Positions 1-9,923 of a stretch of 64,000 nt of DNA are shown one piece after another. Source of the stretch: an uncultured Atribacterota bacterium (GTDB lineage Bacteria; Atribacterota; Phoenicimicrobiia; Phoenicimicrobiales; Stramentimicrobiaceae); contig CAYOLB010000303.1 in NCBI GenBank assembly GCA_964404675.1, forward strand, positions 222 through 64,221, written 5' to 3'. The translations under genes were made by a program, and so were the position numbers. The stretch's first letter is position 1. Every line of letters starts with the position of its first letter. The notes beneath the pieces are model-generated. The model worked only from the letters and a program-made list of their open reading frames with translations, had not been told where the DNA came from and ran no database searches.

Positions 1-1125
1 TAAAGGATTCTGCAAAACTTCTTTTAAGCTCTTGTTTTTTATATTATCTACAGAAAAATGTACAAATGCACATGGCTCTACATCACCTTTGGCATTAATA
101 TGGAAATATCTTCTGCCACCAGCAATACAACCACCGGTAAAGCTGCCATCATTCCAGAAGTCTGCCAGGAAAAATGGTTTGTTATTTCGGATTTCAGGAA
201 CACGATAGGCTAATTTAGCCCTTTGCTCAGGAGTAATCATTAAGTCTAAATTAGGATCCCTACCAATAGGTATATAATGGAAAGACCATCCATAAATTGC
301 CCCTTTGTTAATCATATAATCGATAAAATCATCAGTGGCAAATAATTCATCTGCATTTTCGCTAGTTACAGTAACACTAATACCAAAGATAACACCACGC
401 TGGTGTAATCGGTCCATAGCAGCCATAATCTTATCATAGGTACCTTTCCCTCTTCTTTGGTCAGTTGATTCCCTATAACCTTCCAGGCTGATTGCTGGAC
501 TTACATTGCCTACCTGAAGCATCTTATCTGCCATATCGTCATCAATTAACGTTCCGTTGGTATACATCATAAATCCTACATCCGGATGTCTTTGGAAGAT
601 CTCAAATAAGTCAGGATATACAGTAGGTTCTCCACCGGAGAGGACAATGAAGTAGATACCTAATTCTTTGGCTTCATTTATTATCCTGTCAATTGTGTTA
701 ATATTTAATGAATCACTTTTTTTGTATTTACCAGCCCAGCAGCCAATACAGCTTAAATTGCAGGCACTAGTAGGGTCAATAAGTATAGTCCATGGCACTG
801 CTACCCCAAGCTCTTTGGCTATCTCAAATTGTCTGGGTATTCCCATCAAGGCAGAGTTGACAAAGAAGTTCATAATCATACCATTTTTATAACTAGGTGC
901 TACCTGAGATAGTCTTTGAATATATTGCTTTATTGCTGGATTTGTTTCATAAGATTCCTTGATTGTAGCAATTTCTTCATGATGTTTGTCTGTACGAGCA
1001 ACTTTATCTACTAATTCTAGTACCTTAATAAAATTCCTTTCTGGATCTTTTTCTAAATAATTTAGGGCTTGTTTTATTATCTGCTCAGCAGCAAATTTTT
1101 TGGCAAAGTTAAAGTTGATTCCCAT
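1..1125 (-). CDS. Radical SAM enzyme with Cys-rich SPASM/twitch-like C-terminal region; C-terminus cut off by the window edge
   Basis: My own translation of the minus strand from ATG 1125-1123 (AAGGAGG 9 nt upstream) stays open for 375 codons down to position 1. It contains CNLSCIGC (CxxxCxxC 4Fe-4S/SAM motif), LSGGEPT, and later GGCIAGG...GDVEPCAF. It is absent from the supplied ORF track because no stop codon lies inside the window. Confidence 0.85.
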   Translation of the reverse strand, partial: MGINFNFAKKFAAEQIIKQALNYLEKDPERNFIKVLELVDKVARTDKHHEEIATIKESYETNPAIKQYIQRLSQVAPSYKNGMIMNFFVNSALMGIPRQFEIAKELGVAVPWTILIDPTSACNLSCIGCWAGKYKKSDSLNINTIDRIINEAKELGIYFIVLSGGEPTVYPDLFEIFQRHPDVGFMMYTNGTLIDDDMADKMLQVGNVSPAISLEGYRESTDQRRGKGTYDKIMAAMDRLHQRGVIFGISVTVTSENADELFATDDFIDYMINKGAIYGWSFHYIPIGRDPNLDLMITPEQRAKLAYRVPEIRNNKPFFLADFWNDGSFTGGCIAGGRRYFHINAKGDVEPCAFVHFSVDNIKNKSLKEVLQNPL

Positions 1126-1155
1126 TATTGTTTTCCTCCTTTGCTTATTTTAAAA

Positions 1156-1695
1156 CTACTTTATCTTATCAATTAGCTGACAAATAAAATTGATATTACC
1201 TTCCTTATCTTCAGGGAATTCTTGAGCAAAATCATGCATAGCAAGAATTAACACTCGAATCACCCTTTCTTTGTCTTTATTTAATAAGTCTAAATTATTT
1301 TTTTCTTCAGCCCGGTATATTAAAAATCTCATAAGCATTAAAAGATGGTTTTTTAATTCTACAAATACTCTGTTATCATTTTTGTTGCTTATGATTTCCC
1401 TGCCAAATCTTTTTAGTTTAACTATTTCGTTATAGAGAAATCTGATAAACTCATATGTGCCCTTTTCATTTTCAATTATATTATTTAAAGAAAAATAGAT
1501 ATGATCGAAACTCAATTTAAATGATTTTAAAAATAAATCTTTTTTATTAGAATAATAATTATATAGGGTACCTACTGATATACCAACATCTTGGGCAATC
1601 ATTTTCATAGTTACCTGATTATAACCTTTTTCGGCAAAAAGATTAAAAGCAGATTCGTTAATCTTTCCTTCTACATTATCTAGAAGCTTAGGCAA
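1156..1695 (-). CDS. TetR/AcrR family transcriptional regulator
   Basis: 179 aa. N-terminal HTH signature FNLFAEKGYNQVTMKMIAQDVGISVGTLYNYYSNKKDLF. TTG start with GGGAG 8 nt upstream. Stop lies 30 nt before the radical SAM ATG, so the two are likely co-transcribed. Confidence 0.9.
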   Translation of the reverse strand: MPKLLDNVEGKINESAFNLFAEKGYNQVTMKMIAQDVGISVGTLYNYYSNKKDLFLKSFKLSFDHIYFSLNNIIENEKGTYEFIRFLYNEIVKLKRFGREIISNKNDNRVFVELKNHLLMLMRFLIYRAEEKNNLDLLNKDKERVIRVLILAMHDFAQEFPEDKEGNINFICQLIDKIK

Positions 1696-1770
1696 TTATG
1701 ACACTCCCTGTACTTGTATTCTCTATTTATATTTAAATATGTTGTTAATCAAGATATAACAATAAATATT

Positions 1771-1790
1771 TTATGAACACATATTCATAA
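1771..1790 (-). promoter_or_regulatory. Perfect inverted repeat TTATGAA-N6-TTCATAA; candidate TetR operator overlapping the -10 and transcription start
   Basis: TTATGAA (1771-1777), CACATA, TTCATAA (1784-1790). The arms are exact reverse complements. The site sits 76-95 nt upstream of the tetR TTG and overlaps the -10 hexamer. Confidence 0.55.
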
Positions 1791-1815
1791 TAAAACGAAA
1801 TACATATTTTGTCAA
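1787..1815 (-). promoter_or_regulatory. Sigma-70-type promoter for tetR-radical SAM (TTGACA-N17-TATTAT)
   Basis: The minus strand reads TTGACA (1815-1810), an exact 17-nt spacer, then TATTAT (1792-1787). Confidence 0.6.
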
Positions 1816-1874
1816 ATTTACCTTTTATTAAAGGAATCATATTTTTTGTATATTGTTGATGATATTTATTTTTA

Positions 1875-2219
1875 CTAGCAGGTTATATGTAATGCAGCGA
1901 CTTTTTTAACATTTTGCACTAGATTATATTTTTTACATGCTTGTTTTGTTTTTAGTATTAAAATTGTTTCGATTCCATATTCTTTTATCTTTTTTATAGT
2001 AATATTATCAACATGCATTAATCCAAATATGCCTGTTCCGATAATTAATATTTCCGGTTTATAATTAATTACGAGTTCTAGGTCATTTATAATTAGGGAA
2101 TGCCTGCTATTTCTCCACCAATTATTGTGTATTTTATCAGGAAATATAATCACATCTGAATAATATGTACTATTATCAATTACGATTTTACCAAATTGAC
2201 ATTCATTGATAATTTTCAT
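1875..2219 (-). CDS. MTH938-like domain protein (DUF498 / NDUFAF3-like fold)
   Basis: 114 aa. Overall alignment by eye to M. thermautotrophicus MTH938: FG.I.I....Y..D, ILIIGTGIFG, C-terminal VAALHITC versus VAAIIHVTC. Confidence 0.75.
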   Translation of the reverse strand: MKIINECQFGKIVIDNSTYYSDVIIFPDKIHNNWWRNSRHSLIINDLELVINYKPEILIIGTGIFGLMHVDNITIKKIKEYGIETILILKTKQACKKYNLVQNVKKVAALHITC

Positions 2220-2339
2220 AATTAAATACCATTCTTATATTAAATATACAAAGGTTAAATGATAGTCAAAAAAGAAGATATCACAATATTTGCGGTTCTT
2301 GAATATACTGAATGTTGTTATTTTGATATATTTTAGCCT

Positions 2340-3197
2340 TTATTGTTTAAATATTATTGAAGCATAACCTACAACTTGTTCATTCATTCCTGACACATCA
2401 CCTGAAGTTGCATATTTTAGTAATTGACCTTTTTTAATCCCATACTTTTTGCAAATGTTAGTTACTATTGCTATAGGCCCGGGACCACAAATTGATGCAC
2501 CAGAGTGTTTAATTGTCTTGTAAAAAAGCTGAATATCCATATTTGTTATCTTTTCAATTGCTTCATAATCCTTGCGCTTTGCACTTTCCTGAACTTCATA
2601 ATGAGTAAAATCAGAACTAGCAATAAAAAGGCATGATTTTTCTTTTGTAGCTTCAAAAATAGTATTTGCCAGGTAATCCATTACTGATAGATCTTGATTT
2701 GCAATGCATATTGGAATTATTTTAAAGTGATAGTTGGGGAAAATAAATTGCAAGAAAGGTAATTGCACTTCGATGGAATGTTCTAGAAGATGTGCTTTGA
2801 TATCTTCCTTTATTATTCTATTTTTATCATAATCAATAATTCCCCTTGCAAGTTGTTCATCAATTTCAATGTTTCCAAGTGGTGTTTCCCAGTAGCCAGA
2901 AGACATTAAAGAAATTGATTCTCCAAATCCCCTATGATTAGGACCGAAAAGTATTATTGTTTCCGGTGCTTTTTCATAAGATAAACTCAGATAGTGATGG
3001 GCAGCAATAGGACCTGAAAATATGAACCCAGCATGGGGTGAAATAACCCCTATTATTTTTCTTTCTTTTTGAAGATTTTCAGGTAACTTTTGAGGTCCTA
3101 TTTCATGAAGGAAACATTCTTTTAATTGTTGGGACAATGATTCTTTATCAGCATCATAGAAAGAACCTGCCACCATAGCCTTTCTTCTATACTCCAT
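2340..3197 (-). CDS. Memo-like protein (AmmeMemoRadiSam system protein B family)
   Basis: MVAGSFY start region, ISPHAGF, SSDFTHY and CGPGPI (His/Asp/His/Cys metal-site motifs of the Memo family). The preferred start is ATG 3197, with GGAGG 6 nt upstream. The track's start at 3212 is a TTG five codons further up. Confidence 0.85.
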   Translation of the reverse strand: MEYRRKAMVAGSFYDADKESLSQQLKECFLHEIGPQKLPENLQKERKIIGVISPHAGFIFSGPIAAHHYLSLSYEKAPETIILFGPNHRGFGESISLMSSGYWETPLGNIEIDEQLARGIIDYDKNRIIKEDIKAHLLEHSIEVQLPFLQFIFPNYHFKIIPICIANQDLSVMDYLANTIFEATKEKSCLFIASSDFTHYEVQESAKRKDYEAIEKITNMDIQLFYKTIKHSGASICGPGPIAIVTNICKKYGIKKGQLLKYATSGDVSGMNEQVVGYASIIFKQ

Positions 3198-3248
3198 ATC
3201 AAACCTCCACAATATTTATATATAAAGGATATAATATAGAAATAATTA

Positions 3249-4700
3249 TTAAAACCGAGTTCTATCTCGATAATGTTTACCACCTTTTTTCTTTTTATTT
3301 ACTACTTTGGGTAAAATAAATAAAATTATAACAGCAATGAAGATTAATATAATAATAATTCTAAAAAATAATGAATTGTATAAATATTTAGCATAAGCCA
3401 AATAATAATTAATTTTTATGTTTGGATAATCTTGCTGACTAGCAATAACAACCTTATAGTAATTAATAGCTTCTTTATATTTACCAGCTTGGTTATATTC
3501 TGTGGCAAGCTTATAATGGGCTTCAATGTATTTTAATTCAGTATTCTGGTCATTAGGGTATTCTTCTAAAATAATGCTATATTGATCAATAGCTTCTTTA
3601 AACTGTTTATTTTCAAAATATGCAAATGCCATTGCCCTTCTAGATTCAAAATCTCTTGTGTCCTCTCTTAAAACATTTTTTAAAGCCTCTATTGCTGGTT
3701 CCCATTCTTCTTTTTCAATATAATCCATTCCTAATTGTTTATTAATAATAATTTCTGATGTACAGTATTTAGCAATCTGATTATTACCAGCATCAGCAAC
3801 ATAAATGTATCCTCTTTTATCTACTGCGATTCCTTCTGGATAAAGTAAAGAAACACCATTTACTTTATTTCCAAATTCTGTAACAAAATTATAGTTATTA
3901 TCAAACTGAACTACTTTACCATTTTTATAATCAGTAACATAAATATTGTCTTCATCATCAATGGTAATATAACGAGTACCATTAAATTCACCAGTACCAC
4001 TTCCAGCAATGCCCAACCTTCTGATAAATTGGCCATTGCTTGTAAAGATTTGTAACTGGTGGTGGAAAGTATCTGCTACATATATATTGCCTTCTTTATC
4101 AATGGCAATTCCCCTTGGGTAATAAAATTCTCCATCTCCCATTCCTTCTCTTCCAAAAGCATACAAAAAATCATATTCTTTAGAAAAAACCTGAACCCTA
4201 TTATTACCAGTATCAACAACATATAAATTACCTTCTTTGTCAATGGCAATTCCCCTTGGATTGTCAAATTCTCCCGGGTTAATACCTTCTTTACCGAATA
4301 CTTGAACTGATTTTCCATTTGTTGATATTTTATGCAGACGGTTATTATGTTGTTCTACGACAACAATATTTTTATCCTGATCTACTGCTATCCCTACAGG
4401 ACCGTCAAGTTGTAAATCATCATTTTCATCAGGTATAACTCTAATTATATCACCATCGTTATTGAATATTTGTATTCTATCATTTTCCCAATCAGTGACA
4501 TATATATTGTTATCTTGGTCTAATGTTATCCCCACAGGGTAATTAAATTCACCCGCTTTACTTCCAAATATGCCAAATGTTTTTTCAATAAGATAATCAT
4601 TGTTAGTCGCATAAGAATTTATAATAAATATTAGTAAACAAAAACATAAGACATCAAAAAATAATAATTTTAAACAGTTTTTTCTATTTTTGGGAAGCAT
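3249..4700 (-). CDS. Membrane-anchored NHL-repeat beta-propeller / TPR protein
   Basis: 483 aa. N-terminal hydrophobic signal/anchor (LLFFDVLCFCLLIFIINSYA). About six NHL blades of roughly 47 aa each (GEF..P.GIA.D..GN.YV.D..N.R.Q.F). TPR-like helical repeats (EAI..Y......P.). C-terminal TM helix followed by the basic tail KKKKGGKHYRDRTRF. Confidence 0.8.
   Translation of the reverse strand: MLPKNRKNCLKLLFFDVLCFCLLIFIINSYATNNDYLIEKTFGIFGSKAGEFNYPVGITLDQDNNIYVTDWENDRIQIFNNDGDIIRVIPDENDDLQLDGPVGIAVDQDKNIVVVEQHNNRLHKISTNGKSVQVFGKEGINPGEFDNPRGIAIDKEGNLYVVDTGNNRVQVFSKEYDFLYAFGREGMGDGEFYYPRGIAIDKEGNIYVADTFHHQLQIFTSNGQFIRRLGIAGSGTGEFNGTRYITIDDEDNIYVTDYKNGKVVQFDNNYNFVTEFGNKVNGVSLLYPEGIAVDKRGYIYVADAGNNQIAKYCTSEIIINKQLGMDYIEKEEWEPAIEALKNVLREDTRDFESRRAMAFAYFENKQFKEAIDQYSIILEEYPNDQNTELKYIEAHYKLATEYNQAGKYKEAINYYKVVIASQQDYPNIKINYYLAYAKYLYNSLFFRIIIILIFIAVIILFILPKVVNKKKKGGKHYRDRTRF
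4090..4259 (-). repeat. Intragenic DNA repeat: two 29-bp copies (1 mismatch) 141 bp apart, encoding adjacent NHL blades
   Basis: ccttctttatcaatggcaattccccttgg at 4090-4118 versus ccttctttgtcaatggcaattccccttgg at 4231-4259. The 141-bp spacing equals 47 codons. This also explains the repetitive alternate-frame ORF at 4076-4318. Confidence 0.9.
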
Positions 4701-4745
4701 AATAATCTACCTCTCATTTTTTAGAAATAATTTTGTATATATCAA

Positions 4746-5363
4746 TCAATAATTAGAATTACTCAATTCTTTTATTTCTTTTTCTATTATTGACAAAGAT
4801 TCTTTCTGATATTTTAAATCTTTTTCTCTCTTATTATCAAGATAGATTGGTTTGCCTACATTAATGTAAATATATTTTCTTTTTAAAAAAGAAGGTATCT
4901 TCTGCCCAGGTGGATAAATATCATATGTACCAATAATTCCTATTGGCACAATTGGCGCATTTGATTTGAAAGCTATTTTAATCAATCCTGCATTCAATTC
5001 CATAAGTCTGCCATTCAAAGACCTAGTTCCTTCAGGGAAGATACCCAAAATTTTACCTTCTTTTAAAATACTTAGACTTCTTTTTATTGAAATAAGATTT
5101 GCTCTTTCCCTATCAACTGGAATGGCGCCAAAATATTTTACAATAATCCCAAGAATAGGAACCTCAAAAATTTCTTTCTTTGCAATAAAATGAATTTGTC
5201 TTTTATTGGCTACTCCTAATGCGATTGGATCTAAGTAACTAACATGGTTAGCAGCAAATATTAATGGTCCTTTTTTATTAAAATATTCTTTACCATTTAT
5301 CTTTATTGGCCAAAATAAAAAACTTAATATACAACCAATGTATCGTGCAAATTTATAAAACAT
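4746..5363 (-). CDS. plsC: 1-acyl-sn-glycerol-3-phosphate acyltransferase
   Basis: 205 aa with the acyltransferase motifs NHVSYLDP (HxxxxD) and FPEGTRS. Confidence 0.88.
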   Translation of the reverse strand: MFYKFARYIGCILSFLFWPIKINGKEYFNKKGPLIFAANHVSYLDPIALGVANKRQIHFIAKKEIFEVPILGIIVKYFGAIPVDRERANLISIKRSLSILKEGKILGIFPEGTRSLNGRLMELNAGLIKIAFKSNAPIVPIGIIGTYDIYPPGQKIPSFLKRKYIYINVGKPIYLDNKREKDLKYQKESLSIIEKEIKELSNSNY

Positions 5364-5404
5364 TTATAATACTCTACCATTTTTTATATGTCTATTTATA
5401 TTAG

Positions 5405-5479
5405 GCGTGCCCGAGAGGACTTGAACCTCCAATCTACGGCTCCGGAGGCCGTCGCTTTATCCAATTAAGCCACGGGCAC
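5405..5479 (-). tRNA. tRNA-Arg (anticodon CCG)
   Basis: Hand-folded cloverleaf. Acceptor GUGCCCG/CGGGCAC, D stem GCUU/AAGC, anticodon stem ACGGC/GCCGU with loop CUCCGGA, T arm GGAGG-UUCAAGU-CCUCU, discriminator G. The 3' flank is CCU, so CCA is not fully encoded. Confidence 0.92.
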
Positions 5480-5685
5480 TTAATAAATGAGATTTGTACC
5501 TATATTATAATAACATTATTTTTGTTTATTTGTTCTATAATATTATCAAAAATTAGAAAAGAAATGTGATTTGTCAAGAATAATTAAATAAGAAGAAAAT
5601 ATTTAAGAAGCGAAAGTACAAAATAATTAATGATTTTTTAATGTGTTTAGTCAAATATATATAATATTAAGAAGAAAGAAAATAC

Positions 5686-6306
5686 TTATTCCCCCCGAAT
5701 CATTTCTTTAATGCGCATTAAAGCAGAATTATTCGATCTTGCCATTTCATCCAGTTTCATGGTTATAAATTTAATAGTGTCCTCTAGATTTGGAATCATT
5801 ACATATTCTAACGCATTAACTCTCCTTCTAGTTTTTTCTATCTCTTCAGTTAAAAGCACAATTGTTTTGTCTAATTCAGCCATCTTTACCATCAGAGGAA
5901 TAATATTTTTATATTTTGTTAAGGCATTGTCTAATCCAGGGTTTGTATTAACCATACCATATGTATACAATTCACCTTCTTCGATAATTTCATAATGAGG
6001 TACTTGGACACTCATTATATTCTGATGTGATATTTTCACTTTTGTGATTCTTTTAGGGAAAGAAAAAATAGAATCTAAATCCCTGTTTCCCATAGAAAGG
6101 CTTGCCAAAAGAAATTCATTCATATTCTCTCGCATTGTTTTATCAAATTCTTCTCTAATTTTTCTGTTTTCTTGTACAAGTTTAATGAATTTTTGGATAA
6201 GGGCATCCCGTTTGTCTTTTAACAGTTTATAACCTCTTCTTGCTAATGCCAATCTTCTTTTTAATCTCAACAATTCCATTCGGTTAGGGTTAACTGCTAA
6301 TATCAT
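5686..6306 (-). CDS. ntpD: V-type ATPase subunit D
   Basis: 206 aa coiled-coil protein starting MILAVNPNRMELLRLKRRL, typical of the V/A-type D subunit. It is the last gene of the operon. Confidence 0.92.
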   Translation of the reverse strand: MILAVNPNRMELLRLKRRLALARRGYKLLKDKRDALIQKFIKLVQENRKIREEFDKTMRENMNEFLLASLSMGNRDLDSIFSFPKRITKVKISHQNIMSVQVPHYEIIEEGELYTYGMVNTNPGLDNALTKYKNIIPLMVKMAELDKTIVLLTEEIEKTRRRVNALEYVMIPNLEDTIKFITMKLDEMARSNNSALMRIKEMIRGE

Positions 6307-6409
6307 CCTAAAATACTCCTTAATATTGTCTTAGCGCATAATACATAATAATTATTAAATCCACATACATTATAATATTGCTTCTTGCTAACAATAATAT
6401 TATATAAAA

Positions 6410-7810
6410 TTAAGATTGTTTCTTATCACTATCATTGGAAGATTTGGGTAAATATTTATCAATGTATTCATCTTTTATTCGTTTTAGCTCGTTTACTGGT
6501 AACATTGAAAGAGTTTCCCAGCCTATAGTTAGACTTTTTTCTATATCACGATTTTCGTCTTCTCCCTGTTGAATGAATATTTCTTCAAACTTATCAGAGA
6601 ATTTGACATACTTTTTATCTTCATCTGTTAAAGCTGCTTCCCCTAAAATAGTAGCAAGCTCCTTTGATTCTTTTCCACGGGCATATGATGCAAAAAGTTG
6701 ATTCATCACATTAGCATGATCTTCTCTAGTTTTTTCTTTTCCAATACCTTTATCTTTTAATCTTGATAACGATGGCAATACATTTATTGGTGGATAAATC
6801 CCTTTCAAGTGCAATTCACGAGCTAAAATTATTTGTCCTTCTGTAATATAACCTGTTAAATCTGGGATGGGGTGGGTCTTATCATCTTCAGGCATACTTA
6901 ATATTGGTACCATGGTAATAGAGCCTTTTTTCTCTTTAATACGTCCTGCTCTTTCATAAAGAGTTGCCAGGTCAGTATAAAGATATCCTGGATATCCCCT
7001 TCTTCCTGGAATTTCTTTTCTTGCTGCTGACACCTCTCTTAAAGCCTCACAGTAGTTAGTCATATCTGTCAAAATAACCAAAACATGCATATCTTTTTCA
7101 AATGCTAGATATTCAGCTGTAGTTAGAGCCATCTTTGGAGTAATTATTCTTTCAATAGCAGGGTCATTAGCAAGATTAATAAACATTACACTTTTTTCTA
7201 TTGCACCTGTTCTTCGAAAATCGCTAATAAAAAAATTTGCTTCTTCAAAAGTAATACCCATTGCCGCGAATACAACAGAAAATGTTTCTTCTTTCCCTAA
7301 TACTCTTGCTTGTCTGGCGATTTGTGATGCAACTTTAGAATGAGGAAGTCCAGAACCAGAAAATATAGGTAACTTTTGTCCTCTGACAAGTGTGTTAAGG
7401 ACATCTATCGATGATATACCTGTTTGTATAAAATCATTAGGATAATCCCTGGCATAAGGATTTAAAGGGCTACCATTGATATCCAAGCGTTTTTCAGGTA
7501 TTATATCAGGTCCCTTATCTATAGGCCTTCCGGATCCATCGAATATTCTGCCTAGCATATCAGTAGAAACAGGTATTTCAATTACTCTTCCCAGGAAACG
7601 AACCTTTGTATTAGAAATATCTATACCTGTTGTCCCTTCAAACATTTGAACAATTGCTTTGTCTTCAGAAACTTCTAATACCTGTCCCCTTCTTTTTTCT
7701 CCATCAGATAATTCTATTTCTACTAATTCATCATACTTAACGTTGCTTATCTTATTTACAATAATTAATGGACCGTTTACCTCAGTAATTGTTGAATATT
7801 CTTTTATCAT
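6410..7810 (-). CDS. ntpB: V-type ATPase subunit B
   Basis: 466 aa. Non-catalytic B-subunit signatures ([34 protein letters not shown]). Confidence 0.96.
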   Translation of the reverse strand: MIKEYSTITEVNGPLIIVNKISNVKYDELVEIELSDGEKRRGQVLEVSEDKAIVQMFEGTTGIDISNTKVRFLGRVIEIPVSTDMLGRIFDGSGRPIDKGPDIIPEKRLDINGSPLNPYARDYPNDFIQTGISSIDVLNTLVRGQKLPIFSGSGLPHSKVASQIARQARVLGKEETFSVVFAAMGITFEEANFFISDFRRTGAIEKSVMFINLANDPAIERIITPKMALTTAEYLAFEKDMHVLVILTDMTNYCEALREVSAARKEIPGRRGYPGYLYTDLATLYERAGRIKEKKGSITMVPILSMPEDDKTHPIPDLTGYITEGQIILARELHLKGIYPPINVLPSLSRLKDKGIGKEKTREDHANVMNQLFASYARGKESKELATILGEAALTDEDKKYVKFSDKFEEIFIQQGEDENRDIEKSLTIGWETLSMLPVNELKRIKDEYIDKYLPKSSNDSDKKQS

Positions 7811-7813
7811 AAA

Positions 7814-9598
7814 TTATTCATCCTTTCCTGCCTTGTTGAATGTTAAGGATTTAATATCTTTTTCTATTTCATCTTTTATTTTTTGGAATTCATTTAAATT
7901 ATCTTCTGAAATGAATTTAGAACGTACAATCTTATTTTTAACTGATAATTGATTTAGTTTTTCATTAGAGATATTATCTTTTTCAATCGCATTGCTGGCC
8001 TTATTGTGGAAATATAATATTAAATCTAACATTAAAAATTGCTTTTTCATGGAAGTGTAGGTGTCAATTTCATCAAAAGCATTCTGGTGCAGAAAATCTT
8101 CCCTTATTGATCGAGCAGTATCAAGAATAAGTCGTTCCATTTTCGATAATGCATCAATACCTACAAGTCTAACTGTTTCTTCTAATTCGGACTCTTCCTG
8201 CAGAATACTCATAGCAATGGTTCTGTTTTTAATGTAATTATCGTCTATTTCTTTTTTAAAGTAATTACTTAGCTGATCAAGATATAAAGAGTAGCTCTTT
8301 AACCAATCAATTGCCGGAAAATGCCTTTTATAGGCTAATTTATCCTGTAAACTCCAGTAAACTTGAACAGTCCTCAATGTATTTTGTGTTACAGGTTCAG
8401 ATAAATCTCCTCCAGGTGGTGATACTGCACCAATAACGCTTATAGTAGCTTCTTGTTCTTTAGAAGAAAGACATTTTACCCTACCGGACCTCTCATAGAA
8501 ACTAGCAATCCTTGTACCTAGATAAGCAGGATAACCTTCTTCTCCAGGCATTTCTTCCAATCTACCGGATATTTCCCGCATTGCTTCTGCCCATCTAGAG
8601 GTTGAATCAGCCATCAAAGCAACATTATATCCCATATCTCTATAATATTCCGCAATAGTTATTCCAGTATAAACCGAAGCTTCCCTTGCTGCAACAGGCA
8701 TATTAGAGGTATTGGCTATCAATACAGTCCTTTCCATTAATGGTTTACCAGAATTTGGATCAATCAATTCTGGGAATTCTAGCAAAACATCAGTCATCTC
8801 ATTTCCTCTTTCACCACATCCAATAAAAATAATAATTTCAGCATTACACCATTTGGAAAGTTGATGCTGTACCACTGTTTTACCACTACCGAATGGTCCT
8901 GGAATACAAGCTGTGCCACCTTTTGCTATAGTAAAAAAGGTATCAATTACCCTTTGCCCTGTAATCAAAGGTTCATTGGGAGGCATCTTTTCTTGATAAG
9001 GTCGCATTTTTCTAACAGGCCACTTTTGCAGCATTTTAATATCATGTATTTTATCAGAATTATCCTTAATTTTTGCTATTGTTTCAGTAACATTAAAACT
9101 ACCTTCACTAATACTTTCGATTGTTCCTTGAAGTCCAATTGGTACCATTATATGATGGGCAATGATTGAAGTTTCCTGTACTGTACCCAGCCAATCACCA
9201 GAACTAACTTGTTCCCCTTTTTTTAACAAAGGCTTGAATTCCCATTTTTTTGTTTTATTCAAACTCTCAGCTTCTACGCCCCTTGCAATAAAAGCACCTT
9301 CATTTTTAAAGATTATATCTAAAGGTCTTTGAATTCCATCATAAATTGATTTTATTAAACCTGGTCCAAGCTCAACACTTAAAGGTAAATTGGTGGTATA
9401 TACTGGTTCACCTGGTCCGATACCAGATGTTTCCTCGTATACCTGAATAGTTGCCCGATCTTCATTTAATTCAATTATTTCACCAATTAATTTCCCTTCA
9501 CTAACTTGTACCACATCATACATTTTAGCCCCTCTTAAGCCATCTGCAATCACTACTGGTCCTGAAACTTTAACAATCTTGCCTGTATTTTGTTGCAT
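7814..9598 (-). CDS. ntpA: V-type ATPase catalytic subunit A
   Basis: 594 aa. Walker [10 protein letters not shown], and [21 protein letters not shown]. Confidence 0.97.
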   Translation of the reverse strand: MQQNTGKIVKVSGPVVIADGLRGAKMYDVVQVSEGKLIGEIIELNEDRATIQVYEETSGIGPGEPVYTTNLPLSVELGPGLIKSIYDGIQRPLDIIFKNEGAFIARGVEAESLNKTKKWEFKPLLKKGEQVSSGDWLGTVQETSIIAHHIMVPIGLQGTIESISEGSFNVTETIAKIKDNSDKIHDIKMLQKWPVRKMRPYQEKMPPNEPLITGQRVIDTFFTIAKGGTACIPGPFGSGKTVVQHQLSKWCNAEIIIFIGCGERGNEMTDVLLEFPELIDPNSGKPLMERTVLIANTSNMPVAAREASVYTGITIAEYYRDMGYNVALMADSTSRWAEAMREISGRLEEMPGEEGYPAYLGTRIASFYERSGRVKCLSSKEQEATISVIGAVSPPGGDLSEPVTQNTLRTVQVYWSLQDKLAYKRHFPAIDWLKSYSLYLDQLSNYFKKEIDDNYIKNRTIAMSILQEESELEETVRLVGIDALSKMERLILDTARSIREDFLHQNAFDEIDTYTSMKKQFLMLDLILYFHNKASNAIEKDNISNEKLNQLSVKNKIVRSKFISEDNLNEFQKIKDEIEKDIKSLTFNKAGKDE

Positions 9599-9599
9599 A

Positions 9600-9923
9600 T
9601 TATCCCTCTTTTCTAAACAAAATATCTGTACCTACAGCTTTTTCAACATTTTTCCTTAATATATTTAAATTAAGGTTAGTATCTTTAATTCGATTTGGAA
9701 GGATACAAATAGACATTGACGACAATTTCTGATATTCCTCAATTTTATCAATTATTGTCTGAGCTATATCATTTGTGATAAAAATAATTTCAAAATCATT
9801 TTTCTCACAATCATTAAGCGCCTTTCTTGCCTCTTCAGCATTTGTTACTGGAAATAACTGTAATCCTATTAAGTTAAACCCAATAATTATATCTTTTTCT
9901 CCAATTAGTGCAATATTAGACAT
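9600..9923 (-). CDS. ntpG: V-type ATPase subunit F
   Basis: 107 aa. IALIGEKDIIIGFNLIGL pattern of V-type F subunits. Position between C and A matches E. hirae ntpG. Confidence 0.85.
   Translation of the reverse strand: MSNIALIGEKDIIIGFNLIGLQLFPVTNAEEARKALNDCEKNDFEIIFITNDIAQTIIDKIEEYQKLSSMSICILPNRIKDTNLNLNILRKNVEKAVGTDILFRKEG

Noticed and set aside
668-892. 74-aa plus-strand ORF, the only track ORF in the first 1.1 kb
   Set aside because: The opposite strand encodes an uninterrupted 375-codon radical SAM protein with clear motifs. The plus-strand ORF is a shadow.
1745-1840. 31-codon minus-strand ORF (MIPLIKGKFDKICISFYYEYVFIKYLLLYLD) upstream of tetR, considered as a possible RiPP precursor for the radical SAM enzyme
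   Set aside because: It has no Shine-Dalgarno sequence and spans the predicted -35/-10 and operator, so it would not be on the tetR transcript. It has a single Cys and no recognisable leader/core organisation. It is likely a chance ORF in AT-rich DNA.
4076-4318. 80-aa same-strand alternate-frame ORF with an internal repeat (QGELPL.KK.IYM twice)
   Set aside because: The repeat is simply the out-of-frame reading of the duplicated 29-bp NHL-blade DNA segment. The NHL frame is the conserved one.
4746-5479. tRNA-Arg as an integration hotspot with a downstream genomic island (plsC to radical SAM)
   Set aside because: No integrase is present, I could not find a direct repeat of the tRNA 3' end, and the composition is unremarkable. 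plsC is housekeeping. There is no basis for calling an island.
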